NCBI GenBank assembly: GCA_964016885.1 | Contig: OZ024755.1 | Location: forward strand, 31,186,001-31,250,000 | DNA length: 64,000 nucleotides | Direction: 5' to 3' | DNA from: Eledone cirrhosa | Taxonomy: Eukaryota | Shown here: positions 1 to 10,806 of the stretch, one piece after another | How positions within the stretch are numbered: the first letter of the stretch is position 1 | Layout: every line of letters begins with the position of its first letter | Translations under genes and position numbers: made by a program | The notes under the pieces: model-generated | The model's database searches: none | Told to the model about the DNA's origin: nothing | The model's input: the letters and a program-made list of their open reading frames with translations, nothing else

Positions 1-527
1 GATTGGGGTGCGTACGCAGATATTACTGTCACCGTAGTTTTATTGAGGACAAGTCTTATTTTAATTATTCTGTCGTTCACTCTATTTACGTCTATTATCT
101 TATCTGCCCACTTTTCTGCTACCATGATTCCTACCCCACCCAACCCATTGTCATTTCCCACCCAGAAAAGCTTATAGCATCGTTCTTTGCCCACGATGAA
201 TCTAGCCGACCCTCCCCTCCACCTGGTCTCTTGAATACAACAAACATCGACCTCCTTACGTTCAAGCATTTCTACAACCTCGTTAGAGCGACCCTTTAAG
301 GTGCCTACATTCATGGTACCGACTCTGAAGTTTTGGATTGCGTTTGGAGGGTGGGAGCGGTGGGGCGCGGGGGGGGATGGGGTTATGTTAGCCATCCTGG
401 GCCGAAACAAGGAGGAGTGCTTGCATTCTCGTCCACGAGGTGAATTTGGCTTTATCTTTGGCATTGTCGCTGAGCGTCCACATTTTTCTCTCTTCAACTC
501 TCCAGAATTCCGTAGTCCATCCATCAT
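1..527 (-). CDS. RTE-clade LINE ORF N-terminus with APE (apurinic-like) endonuclease domain; runs off window start
   Basis: Hand translation from ATG at 527 (further in-frame ATGs at 464 and 395) is stop-free to position 1: ...FRVGTMNVGTLKGRSNEVVEMLERKEVDVCCIQETRWRG...YKLFWVG...GGVGIMV...VNDRIIKIRL...VISAYAPQ. These match APE motifs (TxNVxTL, CxQETRW, GVG, SAYAP). Absent from the ORF track because there is no stop inside the window. Confidence 0.93.
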   Translation of the reverse strand, partial: MMDGLRNSGELKREKCGRSATMPKIKPNSPRGRECKHSSLFRPRMANITPSPPAPHRSHPPNAIQNFRVGTMNVGTLKGRSNEVVEMLERKEVDVCCIQETRWRGGSARFIVGKERCYKLFWVGNDNGLGGVGIMVAEKWADKIIDVNRVNDRIIKIRLVLNKTTVTVISAYAPQ

Positions 528-950
528 ATCGAAAAGCAACCAGTTAAGCGATAGTATGGGCCTCTGACTTATGATTGGTCCACGTAATAATGGTGGTGCG
601 TGGGGGCGGGAGGGAGGGATGATGGGTTGTTAGCGAGAATGTAAGGTTTAAGATAAGATCGCCGTATTTTGGGCATGATTTAACAATAAACGAAAATACA
701 AGATTTGTTTTGTTTAAGAAAATACGATAGAGAAAATGCGGTGATAGGGAAAATATGATTTTTAGAGAAAAGATATGATATAGAATGGTGAAAATATGAT
801 ATCGTGTGAAATTAGGACATAGAAGTGATTGAATGAATGGGTTCGAATGGAGAGAAGAATCGAGAAAAATTTGAACGTTACTTTATACCGAAGGGAACAG
901 CCATCCCAGAAATAGCGAGTTGGCGATTTTGATTAATTTTGGTAGGGTTT
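528..950 (-). mobile_element. Probable 5' UTR of the RTE LINE
   Basis: Non-microsatellite sequence, pyrimidine-rich on the minus strand and CpG-containing, directly upstream of the APE ORF. The upstream boundary is a guess. Confidence 0.45.
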
Positions 951-1278
951 TATCTTATATGTATAGAGAGGGAGGGGGGGGGGGCAGGAACCAGCATGAT
1001 GAATGGGTAGGGGGTAGAATATGGGATGGAGCAGAGGTTAAAAGTTTAAATAGGTACTCGAAGATTTGCGTAAAACTTAGCAAGTTTAACAAATTATATT
1101 TAAAGGAATATATACAATTCACTAAGACACATTCACACAAGAGTAGTGAATTTTAGAATGCTGGTCGCTGTATTCTACAGTTTCTTACCACCCCCTTCTT
1201 CCCTTCTTTCCTCAGTTATCACAAAGATGTGTGCGTATATGTAATAATTATTTTGTCTCGTATGTCTTTTTATGTATA

Positions 1279-1621
1279 TCATCATCATCATCATTTCATT
1301 TTACGTCCGCTTTTCCCTGCTTGCAAGGGTGGGACGGGAACTGATGCTGGCTTGATTTCTACAGCTGGATGCACTTCCTAACACCAACCTCATTTACAGT
1401 GAGTGCTGGGTGCTTTTTTGCCGTGGCACCTCCACGACCACTTTGCAGTGGAATGATATGGACCTCAGTCCCTATCATCTCATTTCTACAGCTGAGTAAA
1501 CTGGAGCAATGTGAAATAAAGTGTCTTGCTCAAGGAAATGACACATCACCCGGTCTGAGAATTGAACTCACAACCTTTCGATTGCAAGGCCAATGCTCTA
1601 ACCACTAAGCCATGTGCCTCC
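1279..1621 (-). mobile_element. tRNA-derived SINE with CORE-like centre and RTE-type 3' tail
   Basis: Minus strand: A box tggcttagtgg, B box gagttcaattc, core ccttgagcaagacactttatttcac, 3' end cccacccttgcaagcagggaaaagcggacgtaaaatg followed by (ATG)n. Related copies at 9740, 24468, 30513 and 43740. Confidence 0.88.
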
Positions 1622-1688
1622 ATATAAGTGTATTTGTAATTCTATTGTGTGGCAGACAATACACACATTGGCTTTTATTATAGTAATA

Positions 1689-1910
1689 GGGCGGTGGATT
1701 GACAGTATCGGTAGAGGGTCAGACGCCATCCTTTGCAGCATAGAGTTAACGCTCCCTTATGGTCTGAGTTCAAATCCCGCCGAGGTTAACTTTGCCTTTC
1801 ATCCTTACGGTGTCGATAAAATAAAGTACCAGTCACGCACTGGGGTCGATTTAATCGACTTTCCCTGCCCCCAAAACTGCTGGCCTTGTGCCTATATAAG
1901 AAATCATTAT
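1689..1910 (+). mobile_element. Second tRNA-derived SINE family (octopus OK/MIR-like type)
   Basis: ggcggtggattgacag...ctgagttcaaatcccgccgaggttaactttgcctttcatcct...gataaaataaagtaccagt...ctggccttgtgcc with an (ATT)-like tail; several copies in the window. Confidence 0.8.
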
Positions 1911-2194
1911 AGTAATAGCTGGCTTCATTGCCATAAAAAATGACAGCTAATTGTTGTATTTTAGATATAAAAAGGGTACAAAATCAAATTTTTAATTTAA
2001 TAATTCTTTTATTACAACATTTTTTTGTGAAAATACTATCCAGAACTAACATATGTACACCAAGATAATATCTTGGTGTACATATGTATACATTTATAGG
2101 TATGAGTGTATAAATATAAACATTCACACACATACACACACACAAGTATAAATATATTCCCACAAACACATATAGTCACACAAATACTTACACA

Positions 2195-2387
2195 ATAATT
2201 GTTTCTACTTTTGGCACAAGGCCAGCAATTACCCCAGTACATTACTGGTACTTTATTTTATTGACCCCCATAAGGATGACAGGCAAAGTTAACCTCGGCG
2301 GGATTTGAACTCAGACCATAAAGGGAGGTAACTATGCTGGAACGCATGGCGTCCAACCCTCTACCGATACTTCCAATCCACCGCCCT
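2195..2387 (-). mobile_element. SINE family 2 copy
   Basis: Reverse complement of the 1689-1910 family (ggcaaagttaacctcggcgggatttgaactcag). Confidence 0.82.
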
Positions 2388-2569
2388 AACCATAATAATT
2401 ACACAATAATAATAATGAATGTGTAGCCAATTCGCTACATATTTACACAAGTGTAGCGAATCTTAGGATGCTGGTTGTTGTTCTCTATACCACCTCTTCC
2501 TTCTTCAGTGCGTGACAAATATATTAACACACATTGGCTTCTATTATAGTTGATGATAATATTCGTATT

Positions 2570-3216
2570 TTGTGCTCATACAAAGGAAAGGAAAACTTCA
2601 TATGCAGTAGATGTCTGGGAAATTGATAGGTATCAGTGATAGGCACATTTTTCAAATGCAGGTATGATCTGTAGAGGTGGTTGATAGCTTCCGGTACCTA
2701 GGTGATCAAATTAGCAAGGGAGGGGGATGCTCCAAGGCCATAGTATCTAGAATAAGGACAGGATGGAAGAAGTTTAGGGAGCTGCTTCCTCTGTTGACAA
2801 CGAAGGGTTTCTTCCTATGAACAAAAGGTCGGTTATATGATGCCTGTATGAGATGCGTGATGCTGCATGGTAGTGAGATATGGGTAGCAACTTTGGAGGG
2901 TATGTGAAGGCTGGAGAGAAATGAAGCAAGCATGCTCCGTGAAAGAGGAATAAACTGTCGTTGTTCAGGAGAGAAGACTGTATTGGGATGGCCATGTGAT
3001 ACGCATGGAAGATGATCGCTGGGGGAAGAAGTGCCAAGAAAGACGCAGTAGAGGAAGACCACGAAAAACCTGGGTGAAATTGGTGAGAGCTAACTTTAGA
3101 TCATTGAAGTTCACAGAGGACATGATGGAAGACTGTGACAAATGGAGAGATGCTGTACTGAAGAGTACCTGTCCCACCCTTGCAAGCAGGGAAAAGCGGA
3201 TGTAAAATGATGATGA

Positions 3217-3220
<4 letters not shown>
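2570..3220 (+). mobile_element. Degraded RTE LINE 3' fragment (family sharing its tail with SINE 1)
   Basis: Frameshifted remnants of FRYLGDQIS, GWKKFRELLPLL, MLHGSE and RGRPRKTW; ends cccacccttgcaagcagggaaaagcggatgtaaaa(TGA)n. Confidence 0.88.
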
Positions 3221-3260
<40 letters not shown>

Positions 3261-3269
3261 TTTAAAAAA

Positions 3270-3930
3270 AAAGTGCAGGGCAATAAAAATAGACGGTAGC
3301 CACGGAGTAGGCAGACCCAGAAAAACCTGGGACGACTTGATAAATTCCGACCTCACATACTTACACCTCTCCAAGACAATGTCACTGGACCGAGATCTTT
3401 GGCGGTACTCAGTAATAGAGAAGACCCGCCTTACCTAAATACAAAGTAAAACCTACTACAGTCAGTAGGCACCTCTAACAAAATACACCCTCGTCCCACT
3501 ACCCCCACCCCATCCACACCGCCCCTTTCAATGTAAAGTTATGTTGGTACCACAACATCCAGGCCGAAACAAATGAGGTTGTGTAGGTGTCACGACAAAA
3601 AAACACACAGTCCACGCTGTAATGTGGCCGTGTAGGCAACACGGTAAAAACCTCCCACTCCCACACTGTAAATGTGGTTGGTGTTAGGAAGGGCATCCAG
3701 CTGTAGAAAACACGCCAGACAGTCCACGCTGTAATGTGGCCGTGTAGGCAACACGGTAAAAACCTCCCAGCCCCACACTGTAAATGTGGTTGGTGTTAGG
3801 AAGGGCATCCAGCTGTAGAAAACCCGCCAGACAGTCCTATGCGAGCAAGACAACCACTCTTGCCTCAAGTGGGAAAACCCCCGTCCAAACCCATGCAAGC
3901 GTGGAACAGGGACGTTAAACGATGATGATG
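3270..3930 (+). mobile_element. RTE LINE family A 3' end with 112-bp duplication in the 3' UTR
   Basis: KKCRAIKIDGSHGVGRPRKTWDDL..., 3' UTR, tail ggacgttaaac(GAT)n; the segment starting cagtccacgctgtaatgtgg occurs at 3608 and 3720. Confidence 0.92.
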
Positions 3931-3971
3931 ATATATATATATAAGTAGTAACACAACAGCTAGTTCACCAT

Positions 3972-4011
3972 ACTGAGAACAATTGTTTCACCTTAGCAGA
4001 TCTTCAGATCA
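3972..4011 (-). ncRNA. Minimal type I hammerhead ribozyme-like motif inside a 28-bp inverted repeat (3944-4047)
   Basis: Minus strand: ctgat-CTGAAGA-tct(gcta)aggt-GAAA-caattg-tt-ctcag, with palindromic stem III AACAATTGTT. Confidence 0.6.
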
Positions 4012-4128
4012 GACTGGTCATGGTGAACTAACTGTTGTGTTACTACTTCTACCAAACTCGTCCCATGGGCTCAGTGCTCTACCACTGCGGATATTACCTT
4101 CCAGTGTTCTACCTCTCTCTCTCTCTCC

Positions 4129-4201
<73 letters not shown>

Positions 4202-4379
4202 CACCCCCACTCTCCTTCTCCAGTACACTTTTTTCCACCTTCTATACACTATCCTTAGAATCTGCTGTATAGATTTCACTTTCAACGCTTGACTGGGTTT
4301 CCCCCACTCCCTCTTTGTTCTACTGGCATGTTCAGCTACCCCTACCTCCCACTAAATGCCATGATAGAATCATCTGTCT

Positions 4380-4620
4380 TTACAACAAACTTTTGACCAA
4401 TCCTTTTGACAATTACTATCTTCCCATATATGGGATTACCCCTGAGAAGTTCAGCTATTTATTTACCAGGCTAAAAATTCTTATTTAGTCCAGAATTAGC
4501 CGTCGAAACGGCTTGAGCTCTGCCGTCGGGGTCATACTTGTTCCTATTACCCACTCTACTACCCTAAGTATTGAGTACTTTGGTGCATTATTTTCCATTT
4601 GGTTCCTTACCACATTTCCT
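4380..4620 (+). mobile_element. Penelope-like pLTR / retrozyme-like unit with hammerhead-like motif (copy 1)
   Basis: Similar to 16350-16590; acccCTGAGAag...GAAAcggcttgagctctgccGTCggggt. Confidence 0.65.
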
Positions 4621-5059
4621 ATATAGCTTTTGTTTTCCCTTTTTGTTCATTGACTTTAATTACACTCCGTTAATCTGAACATTAGTTCATTGGATTGGTT
4701 GGTTTACTTGAGAAGGTTTATAGGAGCCTACCATTTCATTTGATTTAGGTCATTAATACTACCTGACAAAAGAAAAAAAAGATGCAGATCATGTGATCAA
4801 AGGCTGGGCTTTCATAAAATTTGAAAACAAACATTTTCTGTACAGTTGCTGACTTTTATTCAAAGCACAACAATTAATTATTGTATAGATACACAACACA
4901 CCAGGTAGACTACACCAGGTAGACTGACATAATCACTGCTCCTCTCAACTTTCCACCTGACCCCAGTATAAACACATTCAATACACCCGCCTCCCCCCAG
5001 GGTTGCACACCTTACTAAAAAGTGCATTGTTTTACTCTTTTCAGATATTAGACTGCTGT

Positions 5060-5235
5060 CCAGCTCATGCTGGGGCACTGCCTTTAGTCGATTATATCTA
5101 GTTTCAGTCATTAGGTTGTGGCCATGCTGGGGCACTGCCTTGATTTAGTAGATTATACCTAATTTCAGTAATTGGGTTGTGGTCATGCTGGAGCACTGCC
5201 TTTAGTTGATTATATTGACTGCCAGTACTTACTGT
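5060..5235 (-). mobile_element. Tandem degenerate SINE fragments (third family)
   Basis: Three diverged repeats of tttcagtca..gttgtggccatgctggggcactgcctt; strand assignment tentative. Confidence 0.5.
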
Positions 5236-5294
5236 TTTCAAGTCAGTTACTTTTTTTTCAATCTCTATGTTACACAGACACGGGCAGACCTATT

Positions 5295-5692
5295 TACGAG
5301 GGCAATCCCAAAAGTAAGGTCTCCTTCCGATATTGCAACTTTTCCGTTAAAATCCTGTGGATGGTGCTTCGGAAAACCTCAGGAACCAAAATGCAGAGAG
5401 CATCCAGAGTGATCCGCCGATCTTTACGCATGTTTTCCTCGGAAGGGGACCTTACTTTTGGGATTGCCCTTGTATATAATAACTGTGCGAAATTCTCACT
5501 TGGTGGTAGCGTTCAACAGGAGCTCCATTCTCAACGGCTGCCAAGCCAAGATTGAGCATCCCAGCAAAGCGCGCACATGCTTGTTTGGGAGTGAAGGAAG
5601 CACCAATCACAACAGTGTTGCCAACAGCCGTACGAACAGTTTCTCTGCATCCCCATCACTTTGGAGACCTTACTTTTGGGATTACCTTCGTA
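5295..5692. mobile_element. Tc1/mariner-type MITE(s): one left TIR and two right TIRs
   Basis: TA-cgagggcaatcccaaaagtaaggtctcc at 5295; inverse copies ending ...gggattgcccttg-TA (5474) and ...gggattaccttcg-TA (5692). Confidence 0.78.
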
Positions 5693-5909
5693 TGTATATT
5701 GTGTGCATGTATGTATGTATATCAAAGACTGGACTAGTAAGCCATAGTAAGTGTCATACTCAGGGAAGTAACACCTTTGAGTGTCCCACAATGCCTTCAC
5801 TTTAATCCCTACAGATGTCTTAACACAAACTTACCTGCACACTGTGTGGTATGTCTGTTTTTATTTTCTGTTCTAAGTGACTGTACTCAGATACAAGTTG
5901 GCTTCCACT

Positions 5910-6418
5910 GTAACATGTATCCCAGTACAACCTGTCTCATGGTCGGGTCGTTGGCGACTAAACTGGCAACCCCACCAAGGTTTCTTGGTGAGGAGGGTGA
6001 CTTTGGACATCCTGCAGGACTAAAAACAAAACCTGTCAAAGGGCAAAGGAGCTCTTAAGAGTCAATGGCCATCCAAAATCACCGGGAGAGATGACCCCTT
6101 AGCCTTTGTCAAGGCAGAATTCTAGGAGAAGGAAAACTCTGATATAACACCTGCAACCCTGATGGTATCCAATGATGTTGACTTGTTCTTCTTTTTGGTA
6201 AATATCATCTTGGTTAAGAGAGTGGGACTGGCTTTGTGCAGTGCCTTTGCTCACTATAAAAGCTTCACGGCACAGGCATTGCTTTATATCTGGAGATCTC
6301 TCTGCACTTGTCGTCACATGGTACCATGGGCCCAGCACTATGTGTCAATAATTGTCACAAGTGTAGTGTTTGTACCAGAGTTTTCAAGTCGCTGGCTGGA
6401 CTAAAAAGTCACACTCGT
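5910..6418 (+). mobile_element. Non-autonomous RTE-derived element, copy 1 (3' end missing)
   Basis: Near-identical to 13274-13857; breaks into a (TG)n/(TATG)n tract after ...aaaagtcacactcgt. Confidence 0.82.
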
Positions 6419-6690
6419 CTGTGTGTGTGTATATGTTTATGTATGTATGTGTCTGTGTGTATGTTTATGTATGTATGTGTGTTTATGTATGTGTGTGTGT
6501 ATGTTTATGTATGTGTGTGTGTATGTGTCTGTGTGTATGTTTATGTATGTATGTGTGAGTGTGTGTGTATGTTTATGTATGTATGTATGTGTATATGTGT
6601 CTATATGTGTGTATGTGTCTGTGTATATGTGTCTATATGTGTGTATGTGTATATGTGTCTATATGTGTGTCTGTGTGTATGTGTGTGTGT
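6419..6690. repeat. Compound (TG)n/(TATG)n microsatellite
   Basis: Direct reading. Confidence 0.97.
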
Positions 6691-6904
6691 TCTTCTGGTT
6701 TTATAGTTTTATAAATTCCCACCAATAGAAGTTTAGACATTATCTAAGTAAATCTGAATACATGGCTGTATGTGTTTGTGTGTGTGTTTATGTATGTATG
6801 GCTGTATGTGTTTATGTGTGTGCGCAGGTATCGATGTTATTCCATGTATGGATCTGTATGTTTGAGTTATATGTGTACACGTGCATGTACATGTTTCTCT
6901 ATCT

Positions 6905-7756
6905 ATACATCTTTCTATATATAAAGTTGTAGTTCCTGTCTGTTTGTTTGTTTGTTTGTTTGTTCACGAACTCCTCCTATGGTTTTGGAGATATACCCCC
7001 CCCCCCCCCCCCTAACCATATATATTCTGAAACTACATTGCCCAGGGTACTTGGATAAGTATATTTCATTTTAATCAAAGGATTCACTGGGGGCACAAAA
7101 CTCCCTCTGAAAACCCCTGCTGAAAATTTTTTCTCTTCAATATATATGAAATTTAAACCATAGGTAAATGACAAGATACGATGCCTATTCACAAAATTTC
7201 AGCAAATTTCAATAATATTAAGATACCCTAATGGGGTTAAGCCCCCTATAGTGAACATTTTGGTAGCCCAAATAAAATAATGCTTTACACAAAAATGAAA
7301 TGATCAAGTTTTGAATTGATATTTTGAAAAAAATTATTTACAAGAAACAAAATAAGAATAAGATATAATAATGTAATTTTGATTTGATATATTACAAAAA
7401 ATAATGTTTTCCAATTTTTCATGCATTACATATTACATTGAGTAATATTGAAATGCAGAGTTTTTCTCCATAAATTATATCACTGATCTAAAATCAATCA
7501 TTATTTCCTTACAAAAGAAATGTGTGACAATTCAGCTAGTGTGTATATATATACACACTAGCTGAATTGCCCGCGCCTTGCTGTGTCACACATCACTGAT
7601 TTAAAACCAATCATTATTTCCTTACAAAAGAAATGTGTGGCACAGCAAGGCGCGGGCAATTCAGCTAGTGTGTATATATAATTTATGGAGAAAAACTCTG
7701 CATTTCAATATTACTCAATGTAAAATGTAATGCATGAAAAATTGGAAAACATTATT
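6905..7756 (+). mobile_element. Non-autonomous Helitron-like element with rearranged 3' end
   Basis: 5' tctatatataaagttgtagttcctgtc(tgtt)n; 3' gcaaggcgcgggcaattcagCTAG|T at ~7668; a second CTAG|T at ~7539. Confidence 0.62.
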
Positions 7757-8554
7757 ACATGCCAAATTTCTGAAATGGATGTAAAAACAATGATGATGAT
7801 GATATTACAGTTCCATTAATGGAACTTTAATATGTAAAACGGCCCAGGAATCTAGATAAGTGAACGTGCGTGTCCTAGTAGTTAAGGTCGTAGATATTGT
7901 GTCCTTCAGTATGATGCTTTATTTTATGTGACTTTTCAAGAAAGGACTGGGGCAACTACCTTTAAAACACCTGAGAACTTCTTATGAGATTCAACCTTGT
8001 ATGAGGTCAGCTAAACCTACCTAGGTATGAGCTGTAACATGATAGGACTGGGCCCCATGTCATTAAGACTCCTGAGAAACATTGTAGAAGGCCAAGCTAA
8101 ACCTACCCAGATATCAGCTGTAACCCCCTCCCCCCCACCAAGAATCAGCACAGTAAAACCTGAAAAAAATACCCTGTTAAGTTGTCATAAAGAGAGAAAT
8201 TGAGTACATAATGTGTCTGAGATGACAGACTTTGCTCTTTCCTGTACATATTTCATCTCCACGTCACTTCAACAGATTGTTGTTTAACAAGGTGAAGAAT
8301 GTTGCTCCATTTATTTAACATCATTCTACTATTTTATCTGTTACAAAGGAAAACTAGGTCGAGTGTCCACCTCCTGTATTTTCATACTTTATCCACACAC
8401 ACAAAACTTATCTAATACTCGCATTTGTAAATAAATGTATTTAAGTTTAACATATAAATCTTAATTATACATATATGTATATATATATATATATAAGAGT
8501 GTGTATGTATATATCTATATATATATGTGTGTGTATATATATATATATATTTAT

Positions 8555-9125
8555 AGGCCATAGTATTTAGAATAAGGACGGGTTGGAAGAAGTTTAGGGA
8601 GCTGCTTCCTCTGCTGATGAAGAAGGGTTTCTCCCTGCGTACGAAAGGCCGGTTATATGATGCCTGTGTGAGGAGCGCGATGCTGCATGGTAGTGAGACA
8701 TGGGCAGCAACTGCAGAGGATGTGCGATGGCTGGAGAAAAATGAGGCAAGCATGCTCCGTTGGATGTGCAATGTCAATGTGCGTGAACGACCAAGCATGG
8801 ATGTGTTGAGAGCGAAACTGTGTCTGAGAGGGATAGAATGTAGTGTACGGGAGACGAGAGAGGAGACTGAGGTGGTATGCACATGTGATGCGCATGGAGG
8901 ATGACCGATGGGTGAAGAAGTGCCAGGAAATGCCAGTTGAAGGAAGACGTGGTAGAGGTAGACCACGAAAAATATGGACGGAGGTGGTGAGAACAGACCT
9001 CAGATCGCTGAAGTTCACGGTGAAGGTGACGAAGGACCGTGACAAGTGGAGAGATGATGTGCTGAATAAGACCTGTCCCACCCTTGCAAGCAGGGAAGAG
9101 CGGACGTAAAATGATTATGATTGTG
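8555..9125 (+). mobile_element. RTE LINE 3' fragment (family B)
   Basis: KGFSLRTKGRLYDACVRSAMLHGSETWA...LRWMCNV, RLRWYAHVMRM...GRGRPRKIW; tail cccacccttgcaagcaggga...cggacgtaaaatga. Confidence 0.92.
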
Positions 9126-9132
9126 TGTGTGT

Positions 9133-9247
9133 ATCATCATCATCACCGTTGTACATCCTTTCTTCCACGCTAGCATGGGTTAGACGGGTTGTCATGTCGT
9201 GGGCAATGCCAGGTCGGGTGACCTTGTCTTGCTTATATGGGAACTGA
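9133..9247 (-). mobile_element. Short RTE-type 3' terminal fragment
   Basis: (CAT)n tail plus ttccacgctagcatgggttagacggg, matching 46593-46730. Confidence 0.75.
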
Positions 9248-9270
9248 TATATATATATATATATATATAT

Positions 9271-9660
9271 ACAATGATATTAAATAAATAGAAACTATAT
9301 TTATAAAACCATATTTATTCTGTTATATATATTTCAAGGGTACCAAAAACTTTGGTACGCTATCATCAGATAAAATACAAAATGTTTTATAAATATTTGA
9401 CATGACCAAGGATGATATACCTTAACGGTTCAAGTTATCCCTGGATAGTAAATTTATAAAACACACTTCTTATTTTATCTGATGATAGTGTACCAACATT
9501 TTTGGTACCCTTGAAATATATATAATAGAATAAATATGGTTTTATAAATATAGTTTCCATTTATTTAATATCATTGTGTATTATACTCCAGTAAACTTGT
9601 TGAGTGCTCTGAATCAGTTATAAACATTTATATTTGTTGAATTACCAACAAATTGAATAT
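9271..9660. mobile_element. Penelope-like inverted pLTR pair with a hammerhead motif in each arm
   Basis: Arms 9271-9395 and 9452-9578 are inverted. Plus arm 9471-9532: TATTTTAT-CTGATGA-ta(gtgtacc..ggtaccc)tt-GAAA-tatata-TA-ATAGAATA. Further partial copies at 21431-21505 and 50649-50775. Confidence 0.7.
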
Positions 9661-9668
9661 CCCTTCTG

Positions 9669-9726
<58 letters not shown>

Positions 9727-9739
9727 GGAAAAGAGTCAG

Positions 9740-10016
9740 CACACCTGGGTGCTTTTTTTTTTCCATGGTGCCTACATGTCCACTTTCCAGTGTGGGCTGG
9801 GTACTTTTTTGCCGTGGCACCTCCACGTCCACTTTGCAGTGGAATGATAGGAACCCCAGTCCCTATCATTCCACTGCATTCTATAGCTGAGTAAACTGGG
9901 GCAATGTGAAATAAAGTGTCTTGCTCAAGGACACAACACATCACCCGGTCCGAGAATTGAACTCACAACCTTTCGATTGCAAGGCCAATGCTCTAACCAC
10001 TAAGCCATGTGCCTCG
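9740..10016 (-). mobile_element. SINE 1 copy lacking its 3' tail
   Basis: Same head and core as 1279-1621. Confidence 0.85.
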
Positions 10017-10024
10017 ACTAAGCC

Positions 10025-10200
10025 ATGTTACATTCCAGAGTAATCATCAGGAAGCCAACTATCCAAGTAATATGGTGGTATTTATATCTTTTCTGGTGGT
10101 TGGAGAGGGGGGTGATAGGGATGGGTGGAGGTCATTGGTTGAGGGGTTTAAAGAAAAGGGAATTCTTTAAAAACTATATTTAGAATAACAAAGGCAGAAA
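10025..10200 (-). mobile_element. Penelope-like 3' end remnant
   Basis: Minus strand: tataaataccacc...ttcCTGATGAttactctggaatgtaa, resembling 12570-12640. Confidence 0.5.
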
Positions 10201-10402
10201 GAATTCTACAGACAGGTTCACTCTGGGGGTGCACTCTTGATTTTTAAGGTTCACTTAAGATAACAATGGCTATGGTCAGGTGTCTACAAACACACTGACA
10301 CACACACATATGCCCTCACTCCCACACACTTGCACAAACACACACTTATACTTATATATATATACACACAAATACATACATATATGCACACACACACACA
10401 CT

Positions 10403-10436
<34 letters not shown>

Positions 10437-10672
10437 ACGTTTAACGTCCGTGTTCCACGCTTGCATGGGTTTGGACGGGGGTTTTCCCACTTGAGGCAAG
10501 AGTGGTTGTCTTGCTCGCATAGGACTGTCTGGCAGGTTTTCTACAGTTGGATGCCCTTCCTAACACCAACCACATTTACAGTGTGGGTCTGGGAGGTTTT
10601 TACCGTGTTGCCTACACGGCCACATTACAGCGTGGACTGTGCGTTTTTTGTCGTGACACCTACACGATCTCA
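10403..10672 (-). mobile_element. RTE family A 3' UTR fragment
   Basis: (CAT)n tail followed by aacgtttaacgtccgtgttccacgcttgcatggg... Confidence 0.9.
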
Positions 10673-10708
10673 TATATATATATATCTCTATATATATATA
10701 TACATACA

Positions 10709-10757
<49 letters not shown>

Positions 10758-10806
10758 CACACACACACACAATATATATATACATACATATATATACACA
10801 CACAGT

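Noticed and set aside
3-567. Plus-strand ORFs 3-299 and 301-567
   Set aside because: Antisense shadows of the minus-strand APE coding frame.
1540-1621. tRNA gene
   Set aside because: A and B boxes are present but belong to a multicopy SINE head fused to core and LINE tail.
1640-1685. Helitron-like 5' ends on the minus strand (also ~2525-2550)
   Set aside because: Shared acacacattggctt.tattatagt suggests an old repeat, but no matching 3' end could be established, so it is not called.
6308-6420. Host C2H2 zinc-finger gene exon
   Set aside because: Single finger repeated inside three copies of a dispersed element and followed by a short UTR and tail; better explained as a LINE C-terminal remnant.
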